From the NCBI GenBank assembly GCA_963788655.1, contig CAWBHS010000115.1:1-38597 (forward strand): DNA of 38,597 nucleotides. Reading direction: 5' to 3'. Shown here in pieces: positions 17,110 through 27,048 of this stretch. A program made the translations under genes and the position numbers. How positions within the stretch are numbered: the first letter of the stretch is position 1; every line of letters begins with the position of its first letter. A model generated the notes under the pieces. The model saw only the letters and a list, made by a program, of their open reading frames with translations. It ran no database searches and was not told the origin of the DNA. The stretch comes from an uncultured Verrucomicrobiae bacterium (GTDB taxonomy: Bacteria; Verrucomicrobiota; Verrucomicrobiia; Limisphaerales; JAFGQR01).

Positions 17110-18015
17110 ATGATGCAACGTGAACAACATTCGTTGACTGCCCTCGAAACCTTGGCTTCACCTCGCGGCAACAGTACGCGGCGCTTGCTCCGATTAGTTG
17201 CCGCCGGTTCTCTGCTGCTGATGGGGACGACGCTCTCAACTCACGGGGCCGCGTCACTAGCAGCCGCCGTTCTGTCCCAGTCCAAGGATCCTTCCACCAA
17301 CACTGTTCCTTTACCGACCGAAACGGCTTCGACAAACACGGACCTGGCCGCGGCGCGTTTCGCGACCACCTGCGCCGGCTGCCACAGTCTCACCGCCAAG
17401 CTGACAGGTCCACCGCTCGCGCCGGTCAGTGCCTGGCCGATGGAGCAATTAAAAACCGCGATCAAGCTCATGGAAAAAAACGTGGGGCCGCTGACGGAGG
17501 ACCAGATCACCGGACTGGCGGAGCTGCTGAAGTCGCCGAACGTGGACGAGCGCATCAAGACGGCGCAGGTCCGCATTCAGGCGCAGTTCATGGCCAAAAT
17601 GGCCCCGCCGGACGCGGCGATTGGCAAAGCGTTGTTCCTGGGTCGGCGACCGCTCCAGAACGGCGGGTTGGAATGTTCGGCCTGCCATACGGCCGGGAGC
17701 TTTGGCGGCAATCTGGGGCCGGACCTCGATGGAGTTTACGCCAAGATGGGCGACATGGCGCTGGTGTCGGCCATCGAAAAGGCGGCGTTCAAGGTCATGG
17801 AACCGGCCTACCGCTACAAACCCGTAACAACGCAGGAAGCAATGCATCTAGCGAAATATTTTTCCACCCTCGATCCGAAGGCGCCGGCGACGGGTCCCCT
17901 GCCCTACGCCCCGGTGGGCGCCGGTTGCGCGTTGGCCGGTCTGGTCAGCATGGTGATCTATTACCGCCGGGGGCGGTCGGGCCGAACGCGCACCCTCCAA
18001 CGGAGAAGGAAATAG
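17110..18015 (+). CDS. narC: Membrane-anchored diheme cytochrome c (NarC-like)
   Basis: N-terminal signal-like segment, CAGCH and CSACH motifs, GPDL and Met-containing distal segments, C-terminal TM plus basic tail. Ends 1 nt before narG, the position of Thermus-type narC. Confidence 0.82.
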   Translation: MMQREQHSLTALETLASPRGNSTRRLLRLVAAGSLLLMGTTLSTHGAASLAAAVLSQSKDPSTNTVPLPTETASTNTDLAAARFATTCAGCHSLTAKLTGPPLAPVSAWPMEQLKTAIKLMEKNVGPLTEDQITGLAELLKSPNVDERIKTAQVRIQAQFMAKMAPPDAAIGKALFLGRRPLQNGGLECSACHTAGSFGGNLGPDLDGVYAKMGDMALVSAIEKAAFKVMEPAYRYKPVTTQEAMHLAKYFSTLDPKAPATGPLPYAPVGAGCALAGLVSMVIYYRRGRSGRTRTLQRRRK

Positions 18016-18016
18016 C

Positions 18017-21000
18017 ATGAGCTGGATTCAAGACATTTTTGCCCCCGAAGACCGGACCTGGGAAACATTCTACCGGAGCCGCTGGGCTTACGACAAAAAA
18101 GTCCGCAGCACCCACGGCGTCAATTGCACCGGCTCGTGCAGTTGGGAAATTTACGTGAAGAACGGGATCGTGGTTTGGGAACTCCAGGCGCTCGATTACC
18201 CGATCATTGACCAGGAAATTCCACCTTACGAACCGCGCGGCTGTCAGCGGGGGATTTCCTATTCGTGGTACATCTACAGTCCGATTCGCGTGAAATACCC
18301 CTACATCCGTGGCGCGCTGTTGGACCTCTGGCGCAAGGCGAAGAAGAAATATCCGGATGATCCGGTGGAGGCATGGCGTTCGATCGTCACAGATCCGGAT
18401 TCGCGCAAGAAATATCATCAGGCGCGGGGCAAAGGTGGATTTCGGCGCAGCACCTGGGCCGAGGTCAATGAAATCATGGCGGCGGCGAACCTGCACACCA
18501 TCCAGCGACATGGGCCGGATCGAATTATCGGGTTCTCCCCGATTCCGGCGATGTCCATGCTCAGCTTCGCGTCGGGCGCGCGGTTTCTCGAACTCATGGG
18601 CGGCGTGGCGCTGTCTTTCTACGACTGGTATTGCGACCTGCCGCCGGCCTCGCCGGAAGTCTGGGGTGAGCAGACCGACGTCGCGGAGAGCGCCGACTGG
18701 TATCACGCGAAGTTCATCGCCACAGTCGGATCGAACGTGCTGATGACCCGCACGCCGGACGCGCATTTCCTCGTGGAAGCCCGGCATGGCGGCGCCAAGG
18801 TGGTGGTCTTTTCGCCGGATTTCAGCCAGACCTCGAAGGTCGCCGACGAATGGATCCCGCTGCACCAGGGCACGGACGGCGCGTTCTGGATGGCGGTTGG
18901 CCATGTGATCTTGAAGGAGAATTACGCCGACCGATCAGTGCCCGCCTTTGCCGACTACCTGCGGCGTTACAGCGACGCCGCTTTTCTGGTCACGCTTGAC
19001 CGGCAGCCCAACGGAACCTTCCGTCCCGGCAAACTGCTGCGCGCCAGCCAGCTTGCCGCCACGAAGGACCAGGAAAACGCCGATTGGAAATTTTTCGTCG
19101 TGGATGAAACCAGCGGCGAACTCAAAATGCCCAAGGGCACCATCGGCCATCGCTGGCAGAAGAAGAAAGGCGAGTGGAACCTCAAACTTGAGGACTGCGT
19201 GACCCACCAACCGATCCGGCCAAGGCTCGAACTCAAGGGTCAGTGCGATGCCACGCTCCCGATCGAAGTCACCGATTTCTCGGACAGCACGAACTCCCGC
19301 GTGATTTCCCGCCATGTTCCCGTGCGCAAGGTAGAGACCATGAACGGACCGGTGTTCGTCACCACCGCGATGGAGCTTTACTTCGCGCAATACGGCGTGA
19401 ACCGGGGTTTCGAGGGCGAGTGGCCCGCGGGTTACGAAGACGATTCCCAGCCGTTCACGCCGGCCTGGCAGGAGCGATTCACCGGTGTCAAAGGCGAGGT
19501 GGCGGTGAATTTCGCCCGCGAATGGGCGCGCACCGCCGAACACACGGGCGGCAAGTGCTGTGCCATTATCGGTTCAGGCGTCAACCACTGGTATCACAAC
19601 AACCTCATCTATCGGGCCGTCATCAACGCGCTGATGTTTTGCGGCTGTATCGGCAAAAATGGCGGCGGGCTGAACCATTACGTCGGCCAGGAAAAGCTGG
19701 TGCCGCAAGCCTCGTGGGCGCCCATTGCGTTCGGCGCCGACTGGGCCGGTCCGCCGCGGCAGCAGAACGCGCCGTCCTTCCATTACATGCACTCGGACCA
19801 ATGGCGCTACGACCGCGCCTTCAGCGAGATGTGCCCGGTCAGCGACGCGAAGCATCCGATGGCTCATGGCCACACGGCGGACAAGCAGGCGATGGCGGTC
19901 CGCCTCGGCTGGCTGCCGTGCTACCCTCAGTTCACGAAGAGCAATTTCGAGGTGCTCAAAGAGGCGCAGGCTGCGGGCGCAAAAACCGACGAGGAAATCG
20001 TTGCGCACACGGTTCAACAGTTGAAGGAGCGCAAGCTCAAGTTCGCCATGGAAGACCCGGACAACCCGGAATGTTTCCCGCGCGTCTTCTACATCTGGCG
20101 TGGCAACGCCCTGATGTCCTCCGCCAAGGGCCACGAGTATTTTCTCAAGCACTACCTGGGCACGCACCACAACGCCATTGCCGAGGAAGTCGCGAAACCG
20201 GATGTCCAGGACGTGACCTGGCACGACAAGATCGAGCTGGGCAAGATGGACCTGATCGTGGACCTCAACTTCCGCATGGACACCTCCGCGCTGTACTCGG
20301 ACATCGTCCTGCCCGCCGCGACCTACTACGAGAAGGACGACCTGAATTCGACCGATATGCACAGCTTCATTCACCCGCTGCAAGCCGCGGTGCCGCCGTG
20401 CTGGGAGTCGAAGAGCGATTGGCAGATTTTCCGGGGCATCGCCGAAGCCACCGCGAAGCTCGCTCCGCAATATTTCCCTGAACCGGTCAAAGACCTCGTC
20501 GCGTCGCCGTTGATGCACGACACGCCGGCGGAACTGGCGCAGGCGACGGTGAAGGACTGGGCCAAAGGCGAATGCGAGGCCATTCCGGGCAAGACGATGC
20601 CCAATTTCAAGGTCGTCACCCGCGACTATGCGAATCTGCTCAACCGCTTCGTCTCGCTCGGCCCGAATTTCCGCAACAACGGCCTCGCCGTTCACGGCAC
20701 GCATTACGACGTGGACGACGCTTACGATGCCTATCTGCGCACGCACACCGTCGAGAAGTGGGGCGGCAAGGAATATCCGTCGCTGCGCGACGACAAGGAC
20801 GCGTGCGATGTCATTCTCCATTTCGCGCCGGAGACCAACGGCGAGATGGCCCATCGCGCCTATGTCTCCGAGTCCATCAAGACCGGCCTTGACCACACGC
20901 ATCTGGCCGCCGATACGCGGGCGGTGCGGTACACGTTTGACGACTTGATCTCGCGTCCCTGCCGCACGTTGACGTCGCCTTATTGGACCGGCATCACCAA

Positions 21001-21649
21001 CGGCAAACGCACCTACTCGGCCTACTGCCAGAACGTCGAGGAATTGATTCCGTGGCGCACGCTCACGGGCCGGCAGCATCTCTACCTCGACCACGAGGTT
21101 TACGTCGCGTTTGGCGAGAACCTGCCTACCTTCAAGCCGCGCGGCGAATTGCGCCAGACGCGAGACCTGGAGAAAACCGCCAAAGCCGCCGGGAGCATCG
21201 TGCTGAACTACCTCACCCCGCACGGCAAATGGCATATCCACTCGACCTACGGTGACACGCTGCGCATGAAGACGTTGTCCCGCGGATGCTACCCGGTCTG
21301 GATGAACGACAAGGACGCCGACCTCATCGGGCTGGAGGACAACGGCTGGATCGAGGTGTTCAACGACCACGGCGTCGTTTGCACGCGGGCCATCGTCAGC
21401 GCCCGCATCCCGCCCGGCATCTGCCTGCTTTATCACTCGCCGGAGCGGACCCTCGGCGTGCCCAAGTCCCCCGAACGCGGCAACCGCCGCGCCGGCGGCC
21501 ATAATTCCTTGACGCGCGTAAAGCTCAAACCGCTGCTCATGATCGGCGGCTACGCGCAGTTCACCTACGCCATCAATTATTGGGGGCCGCCGGGGGTGAA
21601 CCGCGACACGTTCGTGGTCATCAAGAAACTCAACAAGGTGGAGTATTAG
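18017..21649 (+). CDS. narG: Respiratory nitrate reductase alpha subunit (Mo-bisPGD), cytoplasm-facing (no Tat signal)
   Basis: 1210 aa. FS0 motif [17 protein letters not shown], Mo-ligand [33 protein letters not shown]. Confidence 0.97.
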   Translation: MSWIQDIFAPEDRTWETFYRSRWAYDKKVRSTHGVNCTGSCSWEIYVKNGIVVWELQALDYPIIDQEIPPYEPRGCQRGISYSWYIYSPIRVKYPYIRGALLDLWRKAKKKYPDDPVEAWRSIVTDPDSRKKYHQARGKGGFRRSTWAEVNEIMAAANLHTIQRHGPDRIIGFSPIPAMSMLSFASGARFLELMGGVALSFYDWYCDLPPASPEVWGEQTDVAESADWYHAKFIATVGSNVLMTRTPDAHFLVEARHGGAKVVVFSPDFSQTSKVADEWIPLHQGTDGAFWMAVGHVILKENYADRSVPAFADYLRRYSDAAFLVTLDRQPNGTFRPGKLLRASQLAATKDQENADWKFFVVDETSGELKMPKGTIGHRWQKKKGEWNLKLEDCVTHQPIRPRLELKGQCDATLPIEVTDFSDSTNSRVISRHVPVRKVETMNGPVFVTTAMELYFAQYGVNRGFEGEWPAGYEDDSQPFTPAWQERFTGVKGEVAVNFAREWARTAEHTGGKCCAIIGSGVNHWYHNNLIYRAVINALMFCGCIGKNGGGLNHYVGQEKLVPQASWAPIAFGADWAGPPRQQNAPSFHYMHSDQWRYDRAFSEMCPVSDAKHPMAHGHTADKQAMAVRLGWLPCYPQFTKSNFEVLKEAQAAGAKTDEEIVAHTVQQLKERKLKFAMEDPDNPECFPRVFYIWRGNALMSSAKGHEYFLKHYLGTHHNAIAEEVAKPDVQDVTWHDKIELGKMDLIVDLNFRMDTSALYSDIVLPAATYYEKDDLNSTDMHSFIHPLQAAVPPCWESKSDWQIFRGIAEATAKLAPQYFPEPVKDLVASPLMHDTPAELAQATVKDWAKGECEAIPGKTMPNFKVVTRDYANLLNRFVSLGPNFRNNGLAVHGTHYDVDDAYDAYLRTHTVEKWGGKEYPSLRDDKDACDVILHFAPETNGEMAHRAYVSESIKTGLDHTHLAADTRAVRYTFDDLISRPCRTLTSPYWTGITNGKRTYSAYCQNVEELIPWRTLTGRQHLYLDHEVYVAFGENLPTFKPRGELRQTRDLEKTAKAAGSIVLNYLTPHGKWHIHSTYGDTLRMKTLSRGCYPVWMNDKDADLIGLEDNGWIEVFNDHGVVCTRAIVSARIPPGICLLYHSPERTLGVPKSPERGNRRAGGHNSLTRVKLKPLLMIGGYAQFTYAINYWGPPGVNRDTFVVIKKLNKVEY

Positions 21650-21652
21650 CTT

Positions 21653-23146
21653 ATGGATATCCGCGCCCACGTTTCGATGATTTTCCACCTCGACAAGTGT
21701 ATCGGATGCCACACGTGCAGTGTCGCCTGCAAGAACGTGTGGACCGACCGGCCAGGCGCCGAATATATGTGGTGGAACAATGTGGAAACCAAGCCGGGCA
21801 CGGGCTATCCCACGCACTGGGAGGACCAGCCGAAATTCAACGGCGGCTGGAAATGGAACGGTAACGGCAAGCTGAATCTCCGGTGTCAGAACAAGGCCGA
21901 TGCCTTCCTGAAGCTGTTCTACAACCCGAATCAGCCGAACCTCGACGATTACTACGAGCCGTGGACCTACAAATACGAGAACCTGTTCACCGCCAAGGCG
22001 GGCGACGACCAGCCCACGGCCGTGCCGGTGTCGCAGATCACCGGCGAACCCATTGAAATCAAGCAAGGCCCGAACTGGGACGATGACCTCTCCGGTTCGC
22101 CGATTTACGCGGAGAATGACCTGAACCTCGACAAGCTCAGCGAGGAGGAGCGCGCGCAGCTTTTCGAGATCGAGCGCGTGACGATGTTCTATCTGCCGCG
22201 CATCTGCAACCACTGCACGAATCCGAGTTGCGTCGCCGCCTGCCCTTCCGGCGCGATTTACAAACGCGGCGAGGACGGGATTGTCTTGATCAACCAGGAA
22301 AAATGCCGGGGCTGGCGCGCTTGCGTCGCCGCCTGTCCCTACAAGAAGATCTATTACAACTGGAAGACAGGGAAGTCCGAAAAGTGCATCCTGTGTTTCC
22401 CGCGTCTGGAAACCGGCCAGCCGCCCGCGTGCTTTCATTCCTGCGTGGGCCGCATCCGCTATCTCGGCGTGGTGCTTTACGACGGGGACCGCGTGCCGGA
22501 CGCGATGAAGGTGAGCGACCGCGCCCTGGTTGAATCCCAGCGCGACATCATCCTGGACCCGCACGATCCGAAAGTTGTGGCCGCCGCGCTCAAGAACGGC
22601 ATCAGCGAGGAGTTTCTTGATGCCGCGCAAAAGTCGCCGGCCTACCAATACATCATCCAATGGAAATTGGCTCTGCCGCTGCACATCGAGTATCGGACCA
22701 TGCCGATGCTGTTTTACGTCCCGCCGCTGCTGCCGGTCATGGGCAAGGCGACCAACGGCACGTACGGACATGAGGCGAAGGATTTCTTCACTGGCCTGGA
22801 GCAAGCGCGCCTGCCCATCAAATATCTGGCCAGTCTGTTCAGCGCGGGGAATGAGGAAGTCATCGAGGCGGTGCTGAAGAAGCTCATGGCGGTGCGGCAC
22901 TACAAACGTTGGCAGAACGTGCGCGATCTGCCGGAGAACGAGGTGCATAAGATTCTTCGTGAGGCGCAGACCACAGCGGAGGAAGTGGAGGAAATCTACC
23001 GGATGACCGCCCTCCCAACGCAATATCAGCGTTATGTTCTCCCGCCGCTGCAACGCGAGGAAGCCGTTCAAAACAGTTGCGATCCCGAAATCTGCAAGGG
23101 CTGTTCGGGCTTCAGCCTCAATCCCAGCTTGTCTCCCCGCTCATGA
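21653..23146 (+). CDS. narH: Respiratory nitrate reductase beta subunit
   Basis: LDKCIGCHTCSVACKN, PRICNHCTNPSCVAACPSG, CRGWRACVAACPYKK, KCILCFPR, CFHSCVGRIRY. Confidence 0.97.
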   Translation: MDIRAHVSMIFHLDKCIGCHTCSVACKNVWTDRPGAEYMWWNNVETKPGTGYPTHWEDQPKFNGGWKWNGNGKLNLRCQNKADAFLKLFYNPNQPNLDDYYEPWTYKYENLFTAKAGDDQPTAVPVSQITGEPIEIKQGPNWDDDLSGSPIYAENDLNLDKLSEEERAQLFEIERVTMFYLPRICNHCTNPSCVAACPSGAIYKRGEDGIVLINQEKCRGWRACVAACPYKKIYYNWKTGKSEKCILCFPRLETGQPPACFHSCVGRIRYLGVVLYDGDRVPDAMKVSDRALVESQRDIILDPHDPKVVAAALKNGISEEFLDAAQKSPAYQYIIQWKLALPLHIEYRTMPMLFYVPPLLPVMGKATNGTYGHEAKDFFTGLEQARLPIKYLASLFSAGNEEVIEAVLKKLMAVRHYKRWQNVRDLPENEVHKILREAQTTAEEVEEIYRMTALPTQYQRYVLPPLQREEAVQNSCDPEICKGCSGFSLNPSLSPRS

Positions 23147-24231
23147 ACTCGAAAGCAACCAGTATGACGGCGATGCACAAAGCCGATTCGATGAAAGCCG
23201 AATGGGGCGCTGTGCTCAAAGCGCTTGCCGGCTTGTTGGAGTATCCGGGAGCGGAATTCGATAGTAGGATCGAAAAAGTGCGGACGGCACTGCGGCGACT
23301 GGCTGCTGGGCCTGAATTGAACGTCCCTTCCCCCCTCACCCCGGCCCTCTCCCTCAGGGAGAGGGAGAATGATTCGCCGCCGGCGGGGCAAGGCGTTGCC
23401 ACAAAGACATTGAGACCGTCTATTTGCGAACCGACAGACGGCGACGACGATACCAATGGCAATGGCGCCACCTCGCTGCGTCCGTTGCTGTTCCCTCTCC
23501 CTGGGGGAGAGGGTCAGGGTGAGAGGAAAGAACGCGTCCATGGATTCAAGCCGATCATTACCTTCGAGCGTTTCCGCAATTCGATCAGCACTTTGTCCGC
23601 TGACGCACGCGAAGAGCTTTACACCGGCACGTTCGACGTGACGCCGGCCTGCGTGGCTTACGTCAGCATCCACCTGTTCGGCGAGGAGAATTTCAAGCGC
23701 GGCGAGTTCATGGCGGCGCTCAACGCGCGCTATGAGCAAAGCGCTTTCGATTGCGGCGGCGAACTGCCCGATCATCTTTCCGTCCTGTTGCGCTTTGCCG
23801 CGACGTTCCACGAGGATGAGCGCCGCGAATTGACCCAATTCTGCCTGCTCGGCCCAATTGAGAAGATGATCGCGTCACAAACGCCGGACAATCCTTACCG
23901 CGCGCTGCTCGAAACCGTGCGTGAAGTTTTCCAGGCCGCCTATCCGGGAATGAAACCCGCGCTCAGTCCGTGGGAACAGATGCAGCAGCACGGCGCCGGT
24001 TGTGCGGCCCTGACCGCGGGCTGTGGATGCAACCTTCTCTGGTCAGATGACGACGCACCGCCCGCCGAGGGGCGCATCAGGTTCGGAGTCCCGCCTTCAG
24101 GCGGTCCGGGCGTCGTGCCGCCTGAAGGCGGGACTCCGAACGGGAGTTTTCCAACAAACTCGAAGAGCGTTGCCAGCCAATCTGGAACGTTGAACCCCTT
24201 GTCTGCCCACTCAAATGAACTCCCTGGTTGA
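23143..24231 (+). CDS. narJ: Nitrate reductase Moco-insertion chaperone NarJ, enlarged by in-frame palindromic insertions
   Basis: ATGA overlap with narH. LLEYP, EELYTGTFD, LFGEENFKRG, ELPDHLSVLLRF, NPYRALL motifs. About 362 aa versus the usual ~180-240. Confidence 0.88.
   Translation: MNSKATSMTAMHKADSMKAEWGAVLKALAGLLEYPGAEFDSRIEKVRTALRRLAAGPELNVPSPLTPALSLRERENDSPPAGQGVATKTLRPSICEPTDGDDDTNGNGATSLRPLLFPLPGGEGQGERKERVHGFKPIITFERFRNSISTLSADAREELYTGTFDVTPACVAYVSIHLFGEENFKRGEFMAALNARYEQSAFDCGGELPDHLSVLLRFAATFHEDERRELTQFCLLGPIEKMIASQTPDNPYRALLETVREVFQAAYPGMKPALSPWEQMQQHGAGCAALTAGCGCNLLWSDDDAPPAEGRIRFGVPPSGGPGVVPPEGGTPNGSFPTNSKSVASQSGTLNPLSAHSNELPG
23331..23526. repeat. REP-like inverted pair (CCCTCACCCCGGCCCTCTCCC family) inside narJ
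   Basis: ccccctcaccccggccctctccctcagggagagggag (23331-23367) and ttccctctccctgggggagagggtcagggtgagagg (23491-23526) are near reverse complements. Confidence 0.9.
24081..24141. repeat. Perfect 24-bp inverted repeat (GGAG-type REPIN) in 3' part of narJ
   Basis: gttcggagtcccgccttcaggcgg (24081-24104), 13-nt loop, ccgcctgaaggcgggactccgaac (24118-24141). Confidence 0.92.
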
Positions 24232-25540
24232 CGCCTTCCTGTTTGTCGGGCTGCCCTACCTCGCCATCGTCACGGCGATCATTGCCGGTTATTGGCGATG
24301 GAAAACGAACCGCTACTCGATGTCGTCGCGGTCGTCGCAGTTCTTCGAGGACCGCCGGTTGCTGTGGGGCTCCGCCCCTTGGCACATCGGCATTATCGTG
24401 GTGTTGCTGGGCCACATCATTGCGGGTTTTCTGCCGACGGTGTGGTCAAGCCTGCTGACCGTGCCCGGCGCGCTCGTCACCGTCGAAACCCTGGGCGTGG
24501 CCTGCTCGTTGCTGGCGATTGCCGGACTTTCCGTGCTCATTTACCGCCGCATCACCTCGGCGCGGGTTCAGGCGGTGACGACGACGACGGACTTGGTCGT
24601 TGTCGCGTTGCTGCTGGTTCAGGTCATCCTTGGACTCGCGAGCGCGCTGCACTTCCGTTACGGCTCCCTCTGGAGCACGGGGACGGTGGTGCCCTATTTC
24701 TGGAGCTTGATCACGCTTCATCCCGATATGAGCTACGTGGCGGGTTTTCCGATGCTCTTCAAGCTCCACATCGTCGGGGCGTGGCTGATCATCCTGCTCC
24801 TGCCGTTCACGCGGCTCATGCACGTGCTGGCGGTGCCGCTGCCTTACCTCTGGCGGGCGCCGCAACTGGTCGTCTGGAACAATGCCCGGCGCCGCCGGCA
24901 GGCCGTGGCCGCCACCATCCGCGCCGACAGTCGCCGCGAGTTTGTCAAAGGCGCCGTCGGAATCGCCGGGGCGACCGGACTGATGGCGCTGGGCGTTTCC
25001 GAGAAGGGATTGAATTTCTTCAAGGGGCCGCGTCCCGATCTCGAGGCGGAAGCCGCGTTGCTGGAGAAGAAGATCGGTCGCTTGCGGCAAACCGCCGCCG
25101 AACACCAATTCGAACTGGAGCGGATGCAAAGCGACATGATTCTCGTCGCGCCTTACACCGAACTGACCGCGAACAAAGGCAAGTATTTCATCGCCTACGA
25201 CATGGCGCCCGGCCTCGCCTTCAAGGACAAGGACGGCCTGCCGTTGTTGATTTCCGCCAAATGCACCCACTTGGGCTGCACGGTTGCCAACGACGTGGAT
25301 AGCGATGGAGACATCCTGTGTCCGTGCCACATCTCGCACTTTGACATCCACACCGGAGAGCCAACGCCGGATTCTCCCGCCAAAGCGCCCTTGCCGTTCA
25401 TCGGCTGGGCGTTGGTGGACAGCGCCGGAAAAGTCGTCCTCAGCAAACAGCCGGGCCAGCCGGTGCGGGGCCAGGCGGATCCGGCGTTGTTCCGGCAATT
25501 CAGCGTGTACATCACCAAACCGGACCACGCAATCGCATGA
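24215..25540 (+). CDS. narI: Nitrate reductase gamma subunit NarI fused to a Rieske [2Fe-2S] domain
   Basis: Residues 1-~225: NarI (SSRSSQFFE, WHIGIIVVLLGH, KLHI...PFTRLMH; four heme His at spacings 10 and 18). Then SRREFVKG plus hydrophobic helix, a helical stalk, and Rieske boxes AKCTHLGC and LCPCHISHF. Confidence 0.93.
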   Translation: MNSLVDAFLFVGLPYLAIVTAIIAGYWRWKTNRYSMSSRSSQFFEDRRLLWGSAPWHIGIIVVLLGHIIAGFLPTVWSSLLTVPGALVTVETLGVACSLLAIAGLSVLIYRRITSARVQAVTTTTDLVVVALLLVQVILGLASALHFRYGSLWSTGTVVPYFWSLITLHPDMSYVAGFPMLFKLHIVGAWLIILLLPFTRLMHVLAVPLPYLWRAPQLVVWNNARRRRQAVAATIRADSRREFVKGAVGIAGATGLMALGVSEKGLNFFKGPRPDLEAEAALLEKKIGRLRQTAAEHQFELERMQSDMILVAPYTELTANKGKYFIAYDMAPGLAFKDKDGLPLLISAKCTHLGCTVANDVDSDGDILCPCHISHFDIHTGEPTPDSPAKAPLPFIGWALVDSAGKVVLSKQPGQPVRGQADPALFRQFSVYITKPDHAIA

Positions 25541-25556
25541 GGAGAAGAACCTTTCG

Positions 25557-26657
25557 ATGAACCTTCCCGAATCTATTCGCCGCACCGAGGATTACCTCGC
25601 GGAGCGTTTTCCCGTCGAGAAAATGAATTACGCCTCGATGGTCCAGAAGAAGGAGGTGCCGGTTCACCGCCTGTCCTGGGGGTATTATCTGGGCGGCTTG
25701 GCGCTGTTTTTCTTCCTGGTGCAGATCGTGACCGGTCTGCTGCTGCTGTTTTATTATCAGCCGACCGTCAGCGACGCGCACGCCTCGGTGGGATTCATCA
25801 CCGGGCAGGTGCCGGGCGGGGCGCTCATCCGCAACATGCACGCGTGGGCTTCTTCGCTGATGATCGGGGCGGTCATGGTTCACCTGATCACAACGTTTGC
25901 GATGAAGGCATTTGCCCGGCCGCGCGAATTGACGTGGATGAGCGGCGCGCTGCTGCTGGGGATCACCTTCGCGTTCGGATTTACCGGCTATCTGTTGCCC
26001 TGGCATCAGATCGCCGTCAATGCCACCAAGATTGGTCTGGATTCCATCGCGCAGATCGGCCAGTACCTGCCGGGCCGGATGGCGCATTGGCCCGCCGTCG
26101 TTGAGGAAACCATTCAAGGCGGTCCCACCGTCGGCCAGGCGACCCTGAGCCGCTTTTTCGCGCTGCACGTCATCGTTCTGCCGCTGTTGATTACATTGGT
26201 ATTGGGACTGCATCTCTTGTCCGTGCAACTGCACGGCATGAGCCGGGGTGTGGACGAAGCGCCACGCCGGCTCGAAAAGTTCTTTCCCACATTCTTCATC
26301 AAGGATCTTTCGGTGTGGGGCGTGGCGTTCATGGTGCTGTTTGTTCTCGCCCTGTGTTTGCCGTTTGAGTCGTTCTACCCTTATCCATTGTTTGCGCCGT
26401 TTAACCCGAACAGCTCGACGCCGGACGGCATCAAGCCCGAGTGGTATTTTTACTTCGTCTATTACCCGCTGGAGCTGCTGCCCTTCTGGGTCATCCTGCT
26501 GGGTTCCCTGGTCCTTGGCCTGATGCTACTGCTGACCCCATGGGTCTTCAAAAACACCAACCGCCGCACGCTGGGAGTGCTGGGCATCGCCATGGCCGCC
26601 TACCTGTTCGTGATGACCGTTTTTGGCGACCGGATTTACCACCTCTTCAAAGGTTGA
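25557..26657 (+). CDS. Cytochrome b of a Rieske/cytochrome b (bc-type) complex, unsplit, with Qo-site PEWY
   Basis: YYLGG, QIVTGLLLLFYYQP, IRNMHAWASSLMIGAVMVHL, FTGYLLPW, TLSRFFALHVIVLPLLITLVLGLHL, IKPEWYF. Start ATG 25557. Confidence 0.93.
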   Translation: MNLPESIRRTEDYLAERFPVEKMNYASMVQKKEVPVHRLSWGYYLGGLALFFFLVQIVTGLLLLFYYQPTVSDAHASVGFITGQVPGGALIRNMHAWASSLMIGAVMVHLITTFAMKAFARPRELTWMSGALLLGITFAFGFTGYLLPWHQIAVNATKIGLDSIAQIGQYLPGRMAHWPAVVEETIQGGPTVGQATLSRFFALHVIVLPLLITLVLGLHLLSVQLHGMSRGVDEAPRRLEKFFPTFFIKDLSVWGVAFMVLFVLALCLPFESFYPYPLFAPFNPNSSTPDGIKPEWYFYFVYYPLELLPFWVILLGSLVLGLMLLLTPWVFKNTNRRTLGVLGIAMAAYLFVMTVFGDRIYHLFKG

Positions 26658-26672
26658 CCAGATGAGCAAAGC

Positions 26673-26697
26673 AAATCCAAAATCCAAAATCCGAAAT
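26673..26697 (+). repeat. Heptamer tandem AAATCCR x3.5
   Basis: aaatcca aaatcca aaatccg aaat; a reverse-complement-like degenerate TTCGGAT array lies at 27016-27074. Confidence 0.7.
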
Positions 26698-26831
26698 GGA
26701 TGGCAGGGCCGCGAAGTGGTTAAGCCACGGCAGCATTCTTGCGCATCGCATCCATCCGCGGGACACATTGACGAGACTGGGGAATGGGCCACACTTTCCC
26801 GTACCCCAACGCGGCCCAACCGCAACCAATA

Positions 26832-26901
26832 CGGAGCGCGGACATTCTTGTCCGCCTCAAATAATTCGCGGCGGGGAGCGGACAAGAATGTCCGCGCTCC
26901 G
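26832..26901. repeat. Perfect 24-bp inverted repeat (GGAG-type REPIN)
   Basis: cggagcgcggacattcttgtccgc (26832-26855), 22-nt loop, gcggacaagaatgtccgcgctccg (26878-26901). Confidence 0.92.
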
Positions 26902-27048
26902 GGGCCTCCGGCGGAATCGTCGCGGCCGGCGACGCTTCGGAGCCATACTGATGAAGTGCGACTCGGCGCTACCGGCCGGGTGCCATTCTGTGGTGCAGCT
27001 CGCGGCTTGTTGAGTATTTCGGGCCTTCGATCTTCGAGGTTCTTTCGA

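Noticed and set aside
18017..18120. Periplasmic Nar (pNar) or Nitrospira-type NXR interpretation suggested by the Rieske/cytochrome b genes
   Set aside because: NarG has no twin-arginine leader, and NarI and NarK are present.
19574..23071. 1165-aa antisense ORF (also 11785-13458 and 24446-25585)
   Set aside because: Shadow frames opposite well-supported genes; expected from GC-rich codon bias, with no recognisable motifs.
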